A stretch of 64,000 nt of DNA from Octopus vulgaris (lineage: Eukaryota), in the NCBI GenBank assembly GCA_951406725.2, contig OX597823.1, forward strand, positions 80,662,001 to 80,726,000, in the 5' to 3' direction. How positions within the stretch are numbered: position 1 is the stretch's first letter; the number at the start of each line of letters is the position of its first letter. Below are positions 23,909-37,934 of this stretch, one piece after another. Under the pieces are notes generated by a model. The model worked only from the letters and a program-made list of their open reading frames with translations. It was not told the DNA's origin and searched no databases. Made by a program: the position numbers and the translations under genes.

Positions 23909-25230
23909 TATTTTATATATGTACAGTATTTCTCCTAATGGTGTTGTAGCCTCTAATAAACTGACACCCAAGCGCCGACCAGTTGAAATGTACGATAAAA
24001 TCGATAATAATTGTCGTATTTGTTTATTGTCATGCGGAGAGATACTGAACAGCAGCTAGTATATTATAGCTGTACTATAAAGAAATGTATTTAAAAAAAT
24101 ATTGATAATATTAATTTTTAGAAAATCATTAGCAAAATCTAAAACGATATACTCTACAACGAAGAGAAGGCGAAAATGAGTAAGATAAAATTCTCGAAGG
24201 TAACTGCATGCCAAACTATCGCTCATTGGTTGATTGAATTGAAAGTTAACCAATAAAACGCGAGCACCACGCAAAAGCGGCCACGGCCCCCTTACACTTT
24301 CATTCGTAACTTAGGTATGTATTGTCAGACACACAGTAGACTCGACTATAATTTCGTCTGCCGTTACGTTCTGAGTTCAAATTCCGCCGAGGTCGACTTT
24401 GCCTTTCATCCTTTCGGGGTCGATTAAATAAGTACCAATTACGCACTGGGGTCGATATAATCAACTTAATCTGTTTGTCTGTCCTTGTTTGTCCTCTCTG
24501 TGTTTAGCCCCTTGTGGGTAATAAAGAAACATATAATATTTTGTTGTCGGTCACTGCGTGCCTGACAGATACATCCAGCGAAGAGTAACTTTTCTTCCTA
24601 ATAGCAATCATGATTTTTCTCATTGGCAAAAAGGCTATACAAATTTACCGGTGGCGAATAAAGGCTGGAGGAAGGGACTTTACTCCACCAGCACTTATGA
24701 AAGATCATAATATAATACAGAGTAAAACTATTCTATGTCCCGTGACTAGGTCTAATGTGCTGAATGGATTAGAGAACGATCATAAGGTAATACTGACATA
24801 GAGGCAAACAATTTGATCATTAGTAATGTTTAATTAAATATGCGATTGAAGCCGTCCATATTTACATTCAATTTGTATTACAAATACTTTTGGGAAAGGA
24901 AATGAATAGCTAATTAGTTTGTCTTACAAATTGCTAATTTTTGTCATAGGCGGGGAGCTGAAAGAATCGCTTGAGCGTCAGGGTGACGGGGCGGAATGCT
25001 TTGAGGTATATCTTCTAGTTCTTAGAGATCTGGGTTCGAGTAACAACGAACACGATTTCGTCTCTCAGCCCTCAGAGCTCGATAAAACAAAATACCAATC
25101 TAGTACTGAAGTCGATGAGACAGATCGACACGATTGCCTAAATCAAAAAACGTGTTAATAGGAATCACTACATATTTTAGTTTATTGTTTCTGGCTCGTG
25201 TTATTTCTTTACTAGATAAAAAAAATATCG

Positions 25231-25670
25231 GGATCTTTTCGGTTTGAACGGCAGTATTTTAAAAATAACTTCCACGTAACTAAACACTTTTAAACTTCGT
25301 ATACTGGTAGAATGTGTTTATAAAACATCTTCTTCTCTTGGCTTTATTGAGAAAATTCTATAGTTTGTAAGATAATTGTTGTTTTTTTTTCTTCAATTTC
25401 TGCAATTTCAACCAATCAATGACGTCTATTGGAGGTGAAAACATTCTGTGCTGTATGAATATGTCCCTCGTTTAAGAAACAGATTGGGTTTATTTACATT
25501 TTGTGAAGAAAAAAAAGATACCCTTCCCCCCACCTCTAACCTAACTAATCCTAAATAACCCTAACCCTAAAACATATTGAAATGCAATTGATCGATATTA
25601 GGGTCATAATTATGGGTGACAATTTCATATGACACCGCTAGAAAAAACTGCCGTTCAAACCGAAAAGATC
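25231..25670 (+). mobile_element. MITE family M1
   Basis: Same TIRs and body as 22948-23356; TSD degenerate. Confidence 0.85.
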
Positions 25671-25785
25671 GAAAATGTCTTCTTAGTCTAAAATAGCTTC
25701 CATGTTTAATTGATAGCAAGGTAATATATTACATGTTTTGTTATTTTCTATGAATGTTAGCGCGCTGCTTTTGAACTGGCAGATA

Positions 25786-26070
25786 TCTTTATATATAAAA
25801 GTGAAGTTGTGTGTCTGTCTCCTACGATTTAGATTCCTAACTACTCCCACATTTTGCGGTGCAGTTTAACCAAAAGCGGGTATCTTATAGTCGTGATTCA
25901 TATCGAGCCCTTCTGGGTATTAGCGCGCGTCTACGATGAGTCAACGATTTAAAAAAAAATTTACCATAATTTTTTTTCCATTTTTAATGCATTTATTTGC
26001 TATTTTTTGGCTATAACTCTCTAAAAATGCTTATATAGTTTTTTCCCTTACAAACCCGAGCAACGGCTAG
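25786..26070 (+). mobile_element. Non-autonomous Helitron-like element, second copy
   Basis: Near-identical to 23516-23908; TC start and CTAG end; 3' hairpin partly deleted. Confidence 0.8.
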
Positions 26071-28715
26071 TAATTCCTAAATGTAACAATGCTACAGAAT
26101 TACTGAATAAAGTAACAATAAAAAAACAACAAAAATATGCGAATAAATTGTACATGCTTTGTAAAATCTATTCGCTCTTCTTTTGTTGAAATGAAGTAAG
26201 CACGCAATGTTGAAAAATCATGAACTTGTATAACCTACTTCGATTGAGTGAGAAAGACGATAACGATTTTAAGGGTTCGTTTAACACATACGATATAAAT
26301 AGCAAGTTTTGTTTTTCTAAATTTTGATCTCATTGTGAGAGATTTATTTGATGAATTAAATAGTTCACAATTTTTATTGATGAATATACTGATGCATTCA
26401 TCAATGAACAACTTACTTTATGCAATCGTTCGAGTCGACAAGTGCTTAGTGGCCCAGATTTTTTTATTGCTTGCTAGCCACATGATCTTCCTCGATATTT
26501 TCAGATACAGATGTGTTCATAAGTGTGCAAATGTAGAGGAGTGGAGTAGGTTTTCATTAAGCAGGCAACATGCTCGAGGGAAAAATAAACTGAAGTGGCT
26601 AAGCGTTTGGGAGAACTTTAAACCGAAGATTTTAGCCACCCATTGGCAAACACATTCTTCAAGTTTGAACATGAAATGAACTACGATGCAATGCTAGACA
26701 GTGTCTGACGTGATGAGAAACAATACGGAGTTTGTTACTCTGATCGAGCATTCACCAACAAAATAGAAAGTATTTGCTGACTTAGACATGATAACAGTAA
26801 CATCGAAGCTGATGTTTGATGGTATCTTAACTCCGAAGGCAACCAAATGGATTGTACGTGATGTTTACTTTCAATGAATTTTCTTGATTATGATTTAGAC
26901 ATATTCGAATGCTCTTAAGAACCTGTACTGCCACAATAGGATAATAGACTCAGATAAAAGCGCGGCATTTAATTTCTTCTTTAGACTACATCCTGGCTCC
27001 TAGCTTGAGGTATAGCGAAGATTTTGATCGCCTTTTGCAGTAGCCAAACCGGACGCCCACTTTCTTAAATGTAACATACGTTCGGCTATAGCAAACACGG
27101 TCGGCACACTTCACATGCTCCACGTCACGCCACTGTCGACCATCGTTTGTGCTCAAAATACAAAGGATTTACCAAAGTCATTGTAATCAGCCCATTCTAT
27201 AACATGGTCAGAAGATGGCTCAAGTTATAAAGCAAGATCTGGAAGATGTAAGGAATAAAGATGCAGTTGGCACCTTCAATGATAATATTATGCAGAATAC
27301 GGGGACATACGATCGTTTCGTCTCAGAAACTTATATTATCACAAAAGCAAAAGGGTCTTACAAGTATTGAAATGGGGATTGGAGAACAGTCATATTTGTT
27401 GCCAGTACAAGCAACAACAAACTAAAACCAAATATCACAACGGAATGGGAAATTTTCGAAGAACTATAAAGAAAAGGATATATAAAATTTACTGTTGGAA
27501 ACGCCTACGACTAACTGGAAGGATGGAGCGTCTGTCTTAAAGACTTAAAGAATTAAAGTAAGTGATCTTTCTAATTTTCCCCACTTTCATACACCATCAT
27601 TTTTACCCATGACGAGCAGTAGAAATGCACATAAGCTGGAATCGTCTTGGAAGCAAAGGATCACTAGATATAGGTGTGGTGGTTGTCAACAAGACAAGAA
27701 TTTCCGAGACACGACCTTTCGCATCCCTATTGGATGGCTACCAAACATGGGTGTTTTAAAGCCAGCGATTTAACAATTTCTTCTGTCGGCCAACGTTGTG
27801 ACTAGATAAGGTGTTGCAAATAAAAATAGTCAGCTTCCATAACTAAATAACCGGACTAAATAAATAAAAATACATAAATGATTAAATAAATAAAACTCTT
27901 CTGATCAAACTATTAAGATAGAATTTTTATTTTCGTGCAGTTGGTCTCTAGATAAACTCCACTCAAAATTCGGTCACTAACGACGCTTAAAATAACATGT
28001 TTGTTATTTGAGAGTTAAATCGAGTAAGTTCTTGAATTCAATGGAGAAAATAGTCAAAATAGCCAAGCATATATAATTATTTAATTAGCATGAATTATTT
28101 TAGTGAACGTGGTTAGAGCATCGGATCGCGGGTTCGAATCTCAGACCGGGCGATGTGTGTGTTTATGAGCAAAACACCTAAGGTTCACGCGGCTCCGGCA
28201 GAAGGTAATGGCGAACTTCTGCTGACTGTTTCGCCAGAACTTTCTCTCACTCTTTCCTCCTGCATCTTGCAGCTCACCGGCGTCCCGTCCAGTTGGGGAA
28301 CCTATACGCCAAGGAAACCGGCAAACCGGCCCTTATGAGCCAGGCGCGCCTCGAGAAGGGTCAAACAACTTTTAGTGAACACTACACCAGTATTCTCAAG
28401 CTGGCATCTACAAATTATTCTTACAATCTCAATTATGTTTGAAACTGTCCATGCTTTTATTATGATAATTATCATCATTATCGTTAATCTTTCTACTATG
28501 GGCACTAGGGCTGAAATTTTAAGGGATGGGGCTAATCGATTACATCGACTTCAGTGCTCAACTGGTACTCATTTCATCCCCAAAAGGATGAACAGCAAAA
28601 TCGACATCGGTAGGATTTCAACTCAGGGCATAAAGAGCTGGAAGAAATACTACTGAGCATTTCGTCCGGTTGCAGAATCGTTAACGTGAGAATATAGCAA
28701 AGAAAGAATATTACC

Positions 28716-28935
28716 TATTTCTTTACTACCCACAAGAGAGGACAAACAAGGACAGACAAACGAATTAAGTCGATTATATCAACCCCAGTGTTTCACTGGT
28801 ACATAATTTATCGACCCCGAAAGGATGAAAGGCAAAGTCGACCTCGGCGGAATTTGAACTCAGAACGTAACGGCAGACGAAATACGGCTACGCATTTCGC
28901 CCGGCGTGCTAACGTTTCTGCCAGCTCGCCACCTT
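28716..28935 (-). mobile_element. SINE family B
   Basis: Same consensus as 20210-20441. Confidence 0.85.
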
Positions 28936-29105
28936 AGGAAAGAACATTACCTTAACAGCGATTGCTTTAACTTCATTATATAACACAAGATACTCGAGCG
29001 TAGAAAGTAAGCAAAATCTACATGCTCACACATGCGTACAAATTTACATGGACACACACACGCGCGCGCGGGGGCATACACACAATCTCCCAATTACACA
29101 TAAAA

Positions 29106-29143
<38 letters not shown>

Positions 29144-29472
29144 ACACACACACACATACACACACAAGCTCTCTCTCTCTCAGTCTATTCCTCGCACATG
29201 TTCACACATACACGCACATGTTGTGTCACATAATGTTAAGGTTGTTCCCATGGTAACAGGCAGTTATGACTTTTGGTACGTCGACCATGGACGTTACAGA
29301 TTGACTAAAGTTATATTTTTATTATTAATTTCTAGAAAAATAAAAATATAAATGTGATTTTCGTTATCAGCATAGAAAATTATGTCATCAGTGTAGAAAA
29401 TTTGAGAAAATCCTGAAGGTTACAAAGAATTGAAAACGACTGTTCCTTTTTACAGCGTGCAAGAATAGAAAA

Positions 29473-29882
29473 AGGCGCAGCAGTGGCTGTGTGGTAAGTA
29501 GCTTGCTTACCAACCACATGGTTCCGGGTTCAGTCCCATTGCGTGGCACCTTGGGCAGGTGTCTTCTAATATAGCCTCAGGCCGACCAAAGCCTTGTGAG
29601 TGGATTTGGTTGACGGAAACTGAAAGAAGCCCGTCGTATATATGTATATGTATATATATGTGTGTATATGTTTGTGTGTCTGTGTTTGTCCCCCCAACAT
29701 CACTTGACAACCGATGCTGGTGTGTTTACATTCCCGTAACTTAGCGGTTCGGCAAAATAGATCGATAGAATAAGTACTAGGCTTACAAAGAATAAGTCCA
29801 GGTGTCGATTTGCTGGACTAAAGGCGGTGCTCCAGCATGGCCACAGTCAAATGACTGAAACAAGTAAAAAAGTAAAAGAGAG
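29473..29882 (+). mobile_element. SINE family A, full length
   Basis: tRNA-like head AGGCGCAGCAGTGGCTGTGTGGTAAG...GGGTTCAGTCCC, internal TA/TG microsatellite, tail (GTAAAAGA)n. Confidence 0.9.
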
Positions 29883-30115
29883 GGAATCCTACGCTGTATC
29901 TTCTTGTACTGTCCTCTGTTATTATTATTATTTTTTTTTGAGGGTTAGAATAGTTAGAGCGTTCTTCCAACTCTTCGCGTTCCGAGTTCAAATTCCGCCG
30001 GAGACAACTTTATCTTCATCCCTCCTCGTTCGATAAACTAAACAGTTCTGGAGTCAATTGTTTCGATTAATCTGCACCCCATCAATATTCCTGGTCTTTT
30101 GCTAAAATTACAAAC

Positions 30116-30117
<2 letters not shown>

Positions 30118-30182
<65 letters not shown>

Positions 30183-30202
30183 TTTATCATTATCATCATT
30201 AT
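30118..30202 (+). repeat. (TTA)n microsatellite
   Basis: About 21 perfect TTA units followed by degenerate TCA/TTA units. Confidence 0.95.
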
Positions 30203-30203
30203 T

Positions 30204-30436
30204 TAGGCGGCGAGCTGGCAGAATCGTTAGCACCCCGGGCGAAATGCGTAGCCATATTTCGTCTGTCGTTACGTTCCGAGTTCAAATTCCGCCGACTTCG
30301 ACTTTGCCTTTCATCCTTTCGGAGTCGATAAATTAAGTACCAGTTACGCACTGGAGTTAATGTAATCGACTTAATCCGTTTGTCTGTCCTTGTTTGTCTC
30401 CTCAGTGTATAGCCCCTTGTGGGTAATAAAGAAATA
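30204..30436 (+). mobile_element. SINE family B abutting a 5'-truncated family A copy
   Basis: AGGCGGCGAGCTGGCAGAATCGTTAGC...GGGTAATAAAGAAATA. Confidence 0.85.
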
Positions 30437-31230
30437 AGAAGCTTGCTTCCCAACCACATGGTTCTGGGTTCAGTCCCACTGCGTAGCAAGTGTCTTCTAC
30501 TACAGCTTCGGGCCGACCGAAGCCTTGTGAGTGGATTTGATAGACGGAAACTGAAAGAAGCCCATATATATATATATATGTTTGTGTGTGTGTATGTATT
30601 TGTGTGTTTGTGTTTGTTCCCCATCATCGCTTGACAACCGATGTTAGTGTGTTTACGTCCCCATAACTTAGCAGTTCGGCAAAAGACTATTATAGAATAA
30701 GTACTAGGCTTACAAAGAATAAGTCCTGGGGGTCGATTTGTTCGACTAAAGGCAGTGCTCCAGCATGGCCGCAGTCAAATAACTGAAATATGTAAAAAAA
30801 ATAAATAAATAAATACGAATAAAACATGTTTTGTTTGAATCTAAACATGCAGCACGGTCACATCTGGATTGAGAGGAAATTAACGCTAAATTGTGCGTCG
30901 ATCAGCTCAGCTCGAACCCTTGCCGACGGAACTGACGAAGTGCCAGTTATCACAATCATCTCCTTCAATCTAGAGTAACAAAAGTTGGCAGGTCATTTTA
31001 TTAGACGTGTAGTAATGATATACCAAAATTACAATAAACTAGCACAGTTATAACTGCCTCTCTTTAAAAGAAGTCTCAAACCGGCGCAGGAGTGGCTGTG
31101 TGGTAAGTAGCTTGCTTACTAGCCACATGGTTCCGGATTCAGTCCCACTGCATGGCACCTTGGGCAAATGTCCTATACTATAGCCTCGGGCCGACTAAAG
31201 TCTTGTGAGTGGATTTGGTAAACGGAAACT

Positions 31231-32609
31231 GCGGATAGATTTTTCACAAAAACTTTAGTAATAAAAGAATTATTAAACCAAAATCTTGGTTTTGTACCTT
31301 ATTTATATACAAAATACTACAATTAGCCGTCATTTTTGAAGGCACGAGTCCCAGCTAGTGTATCTATAAAGACAATAAACACACAGATTGGAATCAGTGT
31401 GGCAACTGTACGCGTAATTATTCACGAAGATCTGAACACGCGCAAAATTTGTGCAAATGTTTGTTCCCATGGCACGCAATGACAAACAATAGCAGCAGCC
31501 TGGCTCCCTCCTATCCAAGAAGGCCAGGCAAAGCAAGTCTACCGGAAAGTTCATTATGATCCCCTTTTCTGACAGCAAGGGAATAATCTACATCCACTAG
31601 GGTCCTTTTGGCCGGACGGTCAACAAAGAGAACTTTGTGGAGGTTTTGAGAGAGTTCTGGAAGGGATTTTGTCACAAAAGGTCTTGGTTCTTGTACTCGG
31701 GTTGGTGGCATCTACACAATACAATTCATCAGTACACAATTCCATCCTGGTAACCAACCACTTGAGAGAGATGGGCATTAAAACTATCCCTCACTCTACA
31801 ATCTACTTCTTGCTCCTCCTGACCTTTGGTTGTTCCCTAAGCAGAAGGAGAAACTCAGGAGCAATCGTTTTGAACACACTGAGAAGATGAGGGAATCTAT
31901 GGCAAGAATTCTGGGCACCTTCACTTTGGAGGACTTCTATGGGGCCATCACAAAATGGTTGGAGTACAATAAGTGTGGAGGCGCGTGGCTTAGTGATCAG
32001 GGTGTTAGCATCATGATCATAAGATTGTGGTTTCGATTCCCGGGCCGGGCGACGCGTTGTGTTCTTGAGCAAAACACTTCATTTCACGTCGCTCCAGTCC
32101 ACTCAGCTGGCAAAAATGAGTAACGCTGCGATGGACTGGTGTCCCGTCCAGCTGGGGAACACATACGCCATTGAAACCGGGAAACCGGGCTCGTGAGCTT
32201 GGCTAGGCTTTAAAAGAGCGCATTTAAGTGGAGGCGCGTGGCTTAGTGGTTAGGGTATCAGCATCATGATCGTAAGATTGTGGTTTCGATTCTTGGGCTG
32301 GGCGACGCGTTGTGTTCTTGAGCAAAACAATTCATTTCACGTTGCTCCACTCCACTCAGCTGGCAAAAATGAGTAGCGCTGCGATGGACTGGCGTCCCGT
32401 CCAGCTGGGGAACGTACACCACTGGAACCGGGAAACCGGGCCCATGAGCCTGGCTAGGCTTTAAAAGGACGCAAACAAAAAACAAAACAATAACAAGTGC
32501 ATTGCAGTCAGAGGTTCCTACATTGAAGGAGTTTAGGGTTTTATACTTCTTTGAAATTAATAAATATCTGTTCTGAAAAAGTTTTAAAAATTGTGGAACG
32601 CATCTTGTA
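31231..32609 (+). mobile_element. Decayed mariner transposon interrupted by two tandem SINEs
   Basis: DSKGIIYIH, TVNKENFVEVL, HNSILVTNHL..MGIKTIPH, LAPPDLWLFPKQKEKL, KWLEYN | KCIAVRGSYIEG (resumes at about 32496); ends ...CATCTTGTA. Confidence 0.8.
31974..32490 (+). mobile_element. Head-to-tail dimer of SINE family C (31974-32225 and 32228-32490)
   Basis: Two ~250-bp units, each starting GTGGAGGCGCGTGGCTTAGTG and ending GGCTAGGCTTTAAAAG; flanked by ACAATAAGTG / ATAACAAGTG. Confidence 0.9.
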
Positions 32610-33412
32610 ATTATTATCTAACTTTTATTGCTTTTCGCTAATTACACTGTTGATAGATTAATTTTACCATTTTAATTATTGAGAATCCCTTCAATCAAAA
32701 CCCTGGCTATGCCTTTAAATGTGCTTGATAGCCCTCATGTCTTCCGTTTGAGAGAAAGAGCAAGAAGCTAATGTTGGCCTCAAACTAGCTGGATATACAG
32801 TATGACTGAAGTTTATATTTCGAGGAACCACACAAAGATAATAGCGTTGAGAGAATACCAAAATATGATTTCTTAATGTAGGCATAGGCTAGTAATTCTG
32901 AGGGGAGAGAGAGTTAGTCGGTAGGTATTTTATTATATGGATCCAGGAATAATGAAGGGTAAAGTTGATCATGGTCCAGAAATTTTGGCGGAGGAAAAAC
33001 GGTCGTGTATTTCGACATAAGTACTTGACTTGTATTTATTTTATCAGTGGTAGATGGAGGAAAGTAGGGATTTTAACTCAAATTTTAAATAATTGTACTT
33101 AGGTTATCATGCTACACATTTAAGAGAGAGTAAATGACAGTGAATGTTGTTCAAGCTATTCATTTTCTTCTGAAGGTCATAAACGTGAATGGAGTATAAT
33201 GGTTCTTAATTAAGATAGTAGAGTTAATACGTCGCCCAGTTTATCATCACAATCACCTGGACCTTGGAAATCTACTCTATTGCAAATATTCGGTTCAGGT
33301 ACCTAGTCAGGGGGCAAATTTCTCCTTTCTTTCTTCTTGTCTCAGGGCCCCTGAAAAAAACATGTATGCTGCCTTTCCTCATCTGACTAAACGATATGCT
33401 TTCCTATCTGCA

Positions 33413-33528
33413 ACCTACCTACCTACCTACCTACCTACATACATACATACATACATACATACATACATACATACATACCTGCCTACCTACCAACCTATCT
33501 ATCTATCTATATACACATATTCATATAC

Positions 33529-33574
<46 letters not shown>

Positions 33575-33600
33575 GCACGCACGCACAGACAGACACACAC
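33413..33600. repeat. Compound microsatellite (CCTA)n(CATA)n(TA)n
   Basis: Directly visible; explains the spurious YLPT/YIHT ORFs. Confidence 0.95.
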
Positions 33601-33860
33601 GTGTTTAATTTACAAGGAAAGATCCATAGAAACAGCTACCAGAGTAGCCAAATGCCACATAAGTGCCCCAGAAATTAGTGACCACGCTTGCATGGGTGAT
33701 AATTCCGAGGAGAAGCGAGACGTATTTTGGAGAACATAAGAGTAATGGAAACTGGAGACAAACGCATATTTCGTTTTTCAGTGTCAACGACCATTGAAAA
33801 GGTTGCAAAGGCGCAACGGAAATATTTTTGAAAAAGTAAATAAGTAAATAAGTGGAAATC

Positions 33861-33895
<35 letters not shown>

Positions 33896-35183
33896 AAGAA
33901 TCGAATACCAGTTTTCAGGATCTTCTGGCAGAGAAGTTATCGTTTGACTTGGTATAAGGAAGCTGGAAATGAAATATCGTGACATTCATACATTTACTGA
34001 GAACAATAGAAGATTAAATGAGGTGAAATAGCGCCGACCTAACTATAATCTAGTCTTTCTGAGAACTTGTTCCTGTTACAGTTCAAGTATTGACATAAAA
34101 AAGTGGCATCAAAGTCGATTCCGATTGAAGAATTCGGGAATTATTTACTTCGGCGCCTTACCCTATAATAGAAAGCAAGGTTTACGGTATCGGAAGAATA
34201 TCGCCTTCTTCCATCTTCTTTTTTGTTCTTCATGTAGTTCAGGCTTTCAGCAGGCGAAGAGAGAAGACTTCAAGTACAAATGCTATTTACAACTGGTTTA
34301 TTTACAGGATTCACAGGATAGATGTAGTGTGCTGCTCTCAGCTACCATCTTAAGCTGTGTGCGTTGTGTAGTAGCTCCGTTAGTGCGGACACATTGCCTC
34401 TGGAGATACATGTGCAGAAAGCTTCTGCCAGTGGTGGTGTTCACAAAGTAGCGCCAAAAAGAGAGAGATTTGAATCTGGTTTTTCCTTTATATAGTTTTC
34501 CATCGCGAGCCTTGTTGTGATCTCGTGCATGGCAAATGGATGCAGGTGAGGTCTCGCTGCAATCTCGGAGATGGCAATAGCTGCCGCAAGATCTCATCCA
34601 ATATGGCGCTGGCTTCTTGTGACGCTACAACACCTATGAACTTTGTTAAGACAATATTTTGTTTTCTTCTGGACGCGCTATATTTTACGAATGAAAAAAA
34701 AATCAAGGAAGTAAAGGTAAATAGCATCTCTTGAACTGAGAAGTGAAACCGTATCACCGTCGTCTCAGATTACTCAACAATACTCACCGATGTTACTCAT
34801 TTCTAAATGTTCAACATTGCAACAATACGATATTCTTTGTGCTGCAATGCTACCAGAAGTAAGCTTCGGCAAAACAGGACTAAGACACCGTTTCAATTCC
34901 CAATTGCTAATAATATATCGTAGTAAATGCAGAATATATATACCCGACTGAATAAAGTTACTGGTACTTTATTTAGTCTGGAAGCGATGGAAGGCAAAAG
35001 TTAAGACTGGTGAGATACAAAATTCGAAATCAAGACGGACAACTTATTTAATAACCAGTGATACTGAACTCTGTCCAACTTCTTTCGTTTCGCCTAAAAA
35101 TCAACCCTAAAAGCTGGCTAGATTCTGAAAATGACCAAAGAGCAACTCTATGGCGACCTCATCCCACTTGACTAACAAAATAT

Positions 35184-35415
35184 ATTTCTTTACTACCCAC
35201 AAGGGGCTAAACACAGAGGGGACACACAAGGACAGACAAAGGGATTAAGTTGATTATATCGACCCCAGTGTTTCACTGGTACTTAATTTATCGACCCCGA
35301 AAGGATGAAAAGCAAAGTCGACCTCGGCGGAATTTGAACTCAGAACGTAGCGGCAGACGAAATACTGCTAAGCATTTCGCCCGGCGTGCTAACGTTTCTG
35401 CCAGCTCGCCGCCTT
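35184..35415 (-). mobile_element. SINE family B, full length
   Basis: Same consensus as 20210-20441. Confidence 0.85.
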
Positions 35416-36348
35416 AGCAGAGAAACGATTGCAAATTACTGGGTAGTCTACGACACCTTTAGTTATCGGCCAGCCTAGTCATCACATAGGCACCGACTCC
35501 TGGGAGAATGAAGGCGCTCAATACTACGGATCCTGATGGAGGACAATAGTGGCACGACAGCTGATAAACTGAGGACAGCGATGATGAAACAGAATGTGCG
35601 ACACATCATGCCTAACACAAGTGCAAGATCTTGTTGGAAAACGAAGATGGTGATATGATCAGGGCCAGATTTATGGGGGTGCCAAAGGTGTAATTGCCCC
35701 GGGCCCCCATCGACAATGGGTCCCCCCTTAAATTGAGAGCTCCTTTCTACGAGGGATATGGTGCACTTGATACAGGGGGCCCCCTTCACTTCCCAGCAAT
35801 CTTGCATGAAGAGGCTATCTTCCAAAGATCTAGATTCTCTTTAATGATAAATAACCAAAGATTTTCTCCACTTTAGCGACAACAGTTTATAAAGTAAAAA
35901 AAAAAAAAGCTAAAGAAAAGCAAATCTTTCTACTTTAGCGACACCAGTCCCTAAAAATATGTGTGTGTTGTGTGTGTGAAGCTCATCTTTAAAAAAACAA
36001 TGTACACGATAACATTTCCAATCAGTTAAGATCAGAAGCCATGAGAGCCAGTGTCTGGCACCGCATTGCTTGTGGGGAAAAATAAGTTTTATTGTCTCTA
36101 GTTCAATTCCTGTGTTATTGTCTCCAGTTCAATGCGACTGACCAATGATGATCTCAAACTGACCGTTTCCAAATAAAGGGGTGCACACGCACATATTTAT
36201 TCATTGCTAGATAAACAAAGAGACCCCAGCGCATAACGGGTACTTATTTTAATCGTATGAATTCCCCCGTGTAGAACACTAATTGGATTTTTCTGTTTGG
36301 CTGCCAAGATTCCCAAAATTAAGTTTATTGAAAATTTTTTAATTTGGT

Positions 36349-36766
36349 GGATCTTTTCGGTTTGAACGGCAGTTTTTTAAAATAATTTCCACGTAACTAC
36401 ACTTTTAAGCTTCGCATACTGGTAGAATGTGTTTATAAAACATCTTTTTCTCTTGGCTTTATTGAGAAAATTCTATAGTTTATAAGATATTTGTTGTTTT
36501 TTCTTCAATTTCTGCAATTTCAACCAATCAATGACGTCTATTGAGGTGAAAACATTCTGTGCCGTATGAATATGTCCCTCGTTTAAGAAACAGATTGGGT
36601 TTATTTACATTTGTGAAGAAAAAAAGATACCCTTCCCCCACTCCTAACGCTAACCCTAACCCTAAAACAGATTGAAATGCAATAGATCGATACTAGGGTC
36701 ATAATTATGGGTGACAATTTCATATGACACCGCTAGAAAAAACTGCCGTTCAAACAGAAAAGATCC
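36349..36766 (+). mobile_element. MITE family M1
   Basis: GGATC...GATCC termini; TSD AATTTGGT. Confidence 0.9.
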
Positions 36767-37077
36767 AATTTGGTGAATCAATGTAGATTTCCGACCTGAA
36801 TTGCTGAAGTTATTTCACTTTTTTCCAAAAAAAAAAAAAAAAAAAAAAAAATAGTTATAGAAGGTTAAATTGTGATCATTTTCAGCCAGTCAGGAAACAG
36901 GCTTTGGAATCTGTCACTTTGTGTGCGTGACTGCACATTTTGTCAACATCATGAAAATAGCACTCGTGTTTTTATATGAAACCATAAACAAATGAATTAC
37001 GCACGACATATAAACCCCTCTCAATTAAGTAAAAAAAAATTTTGAAGTTTTGAGAAAAATTATTCTACACGTGGGTC

Positions 37078-37501
37078 GGCGATCTTTCGTCTCTAGTAGA
37101 CCTTTCCGTCGATTTCCGTAAAAAAATTTTTTTTTTTTACATATGGGCTTGCGGGAACTTTTGAAGTAATATACATACATATACACATACACCGAGTAAA
37201 AAATTTCAGTTATCTCTTTCTTTCACACATTAGTCTGTCTCTTCACACACACTAACAGAAGCACTTCACTTACACAACATACTGTCTGTCTCCCACACCC
37301 CATCAAACAAACACACACACATGTACATCAATGCTTCCCCTGGACGGTAACTTCAAAAGAACTTCCCTCGTCATACAATCGCTTTCTCTTAGTCTCTTTC
37401 GCTCTCATTACTTCAAAAGTTCCCGCAAGCCCATATGTAAAAAAAAAAAAAAATTTTTTACGGAAATCGACGGAAAGGTCTACTAGAGACGAAAGATTGC
37501 C
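37078..37501. mobile_element. MITE with ~93-bp TIRs and an 8-bp TSD
   Basis: GGCGATCTTTCGTCTCTAGTAGACC...TTGAAGTAAT / ATTACTTCAA...GAAAGATTGCC; TSD CGTGGGTC. Confidence 0.9.
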
Positions 37502-37934
37502 CGTGGGTCTTTATACGATTATGCAAAAAAAAAAAAAAAAAGAAGAAAATAGTTGGGGTGCGCGATTTAAAGTCTATTTATCTGTTATTTTTAGCACACT
37601 TCACAACCACCTCAATGACAAAAAATCGAGTAAAGAACATGTATTTTGTAGTTTTAAGCATTCAGTATGCATTTAATGCGATAAACAGCACATTACAAAT
37701 TAAATATTTCTCAAAAGAAACTTATAGCACAAAGTTAACAGATTTATCCAAAAACCAAAATAGCACATTACAAATTACATATTTTAAAAAATCAAACACC
37801 GGATAACGGAGCAAGTCCTCTGCACAAGTGTAGGACAAATCTCTACCTAGAACAAAACCTCCTCGGACAAAACCCCCATAGTTAAAGGATGAAAGCGGAC
37901 AAAACCCCCTCGGTTATATTTTTCGTTTTTTCCC

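Noticed and set aside
26300-27550. Possible decayed hAT-like transposase (KWLS, NWK motifs)
   Set aside because: Motifs are too short and the frames too broken to support a call.
29473-29550. tRNA-like sequences at SINE heads
   Set aside because: A/B boxes are present but there is no full cloverleaf, and each is fused to a SINE body; not tRNA genes.
33680-34760. Overlapping 70-110-aa ORFs, possibly an RTE-X remnant
   Set aside because: No diagnostic motif recognisable; would need tBLASTx against TE libraries.
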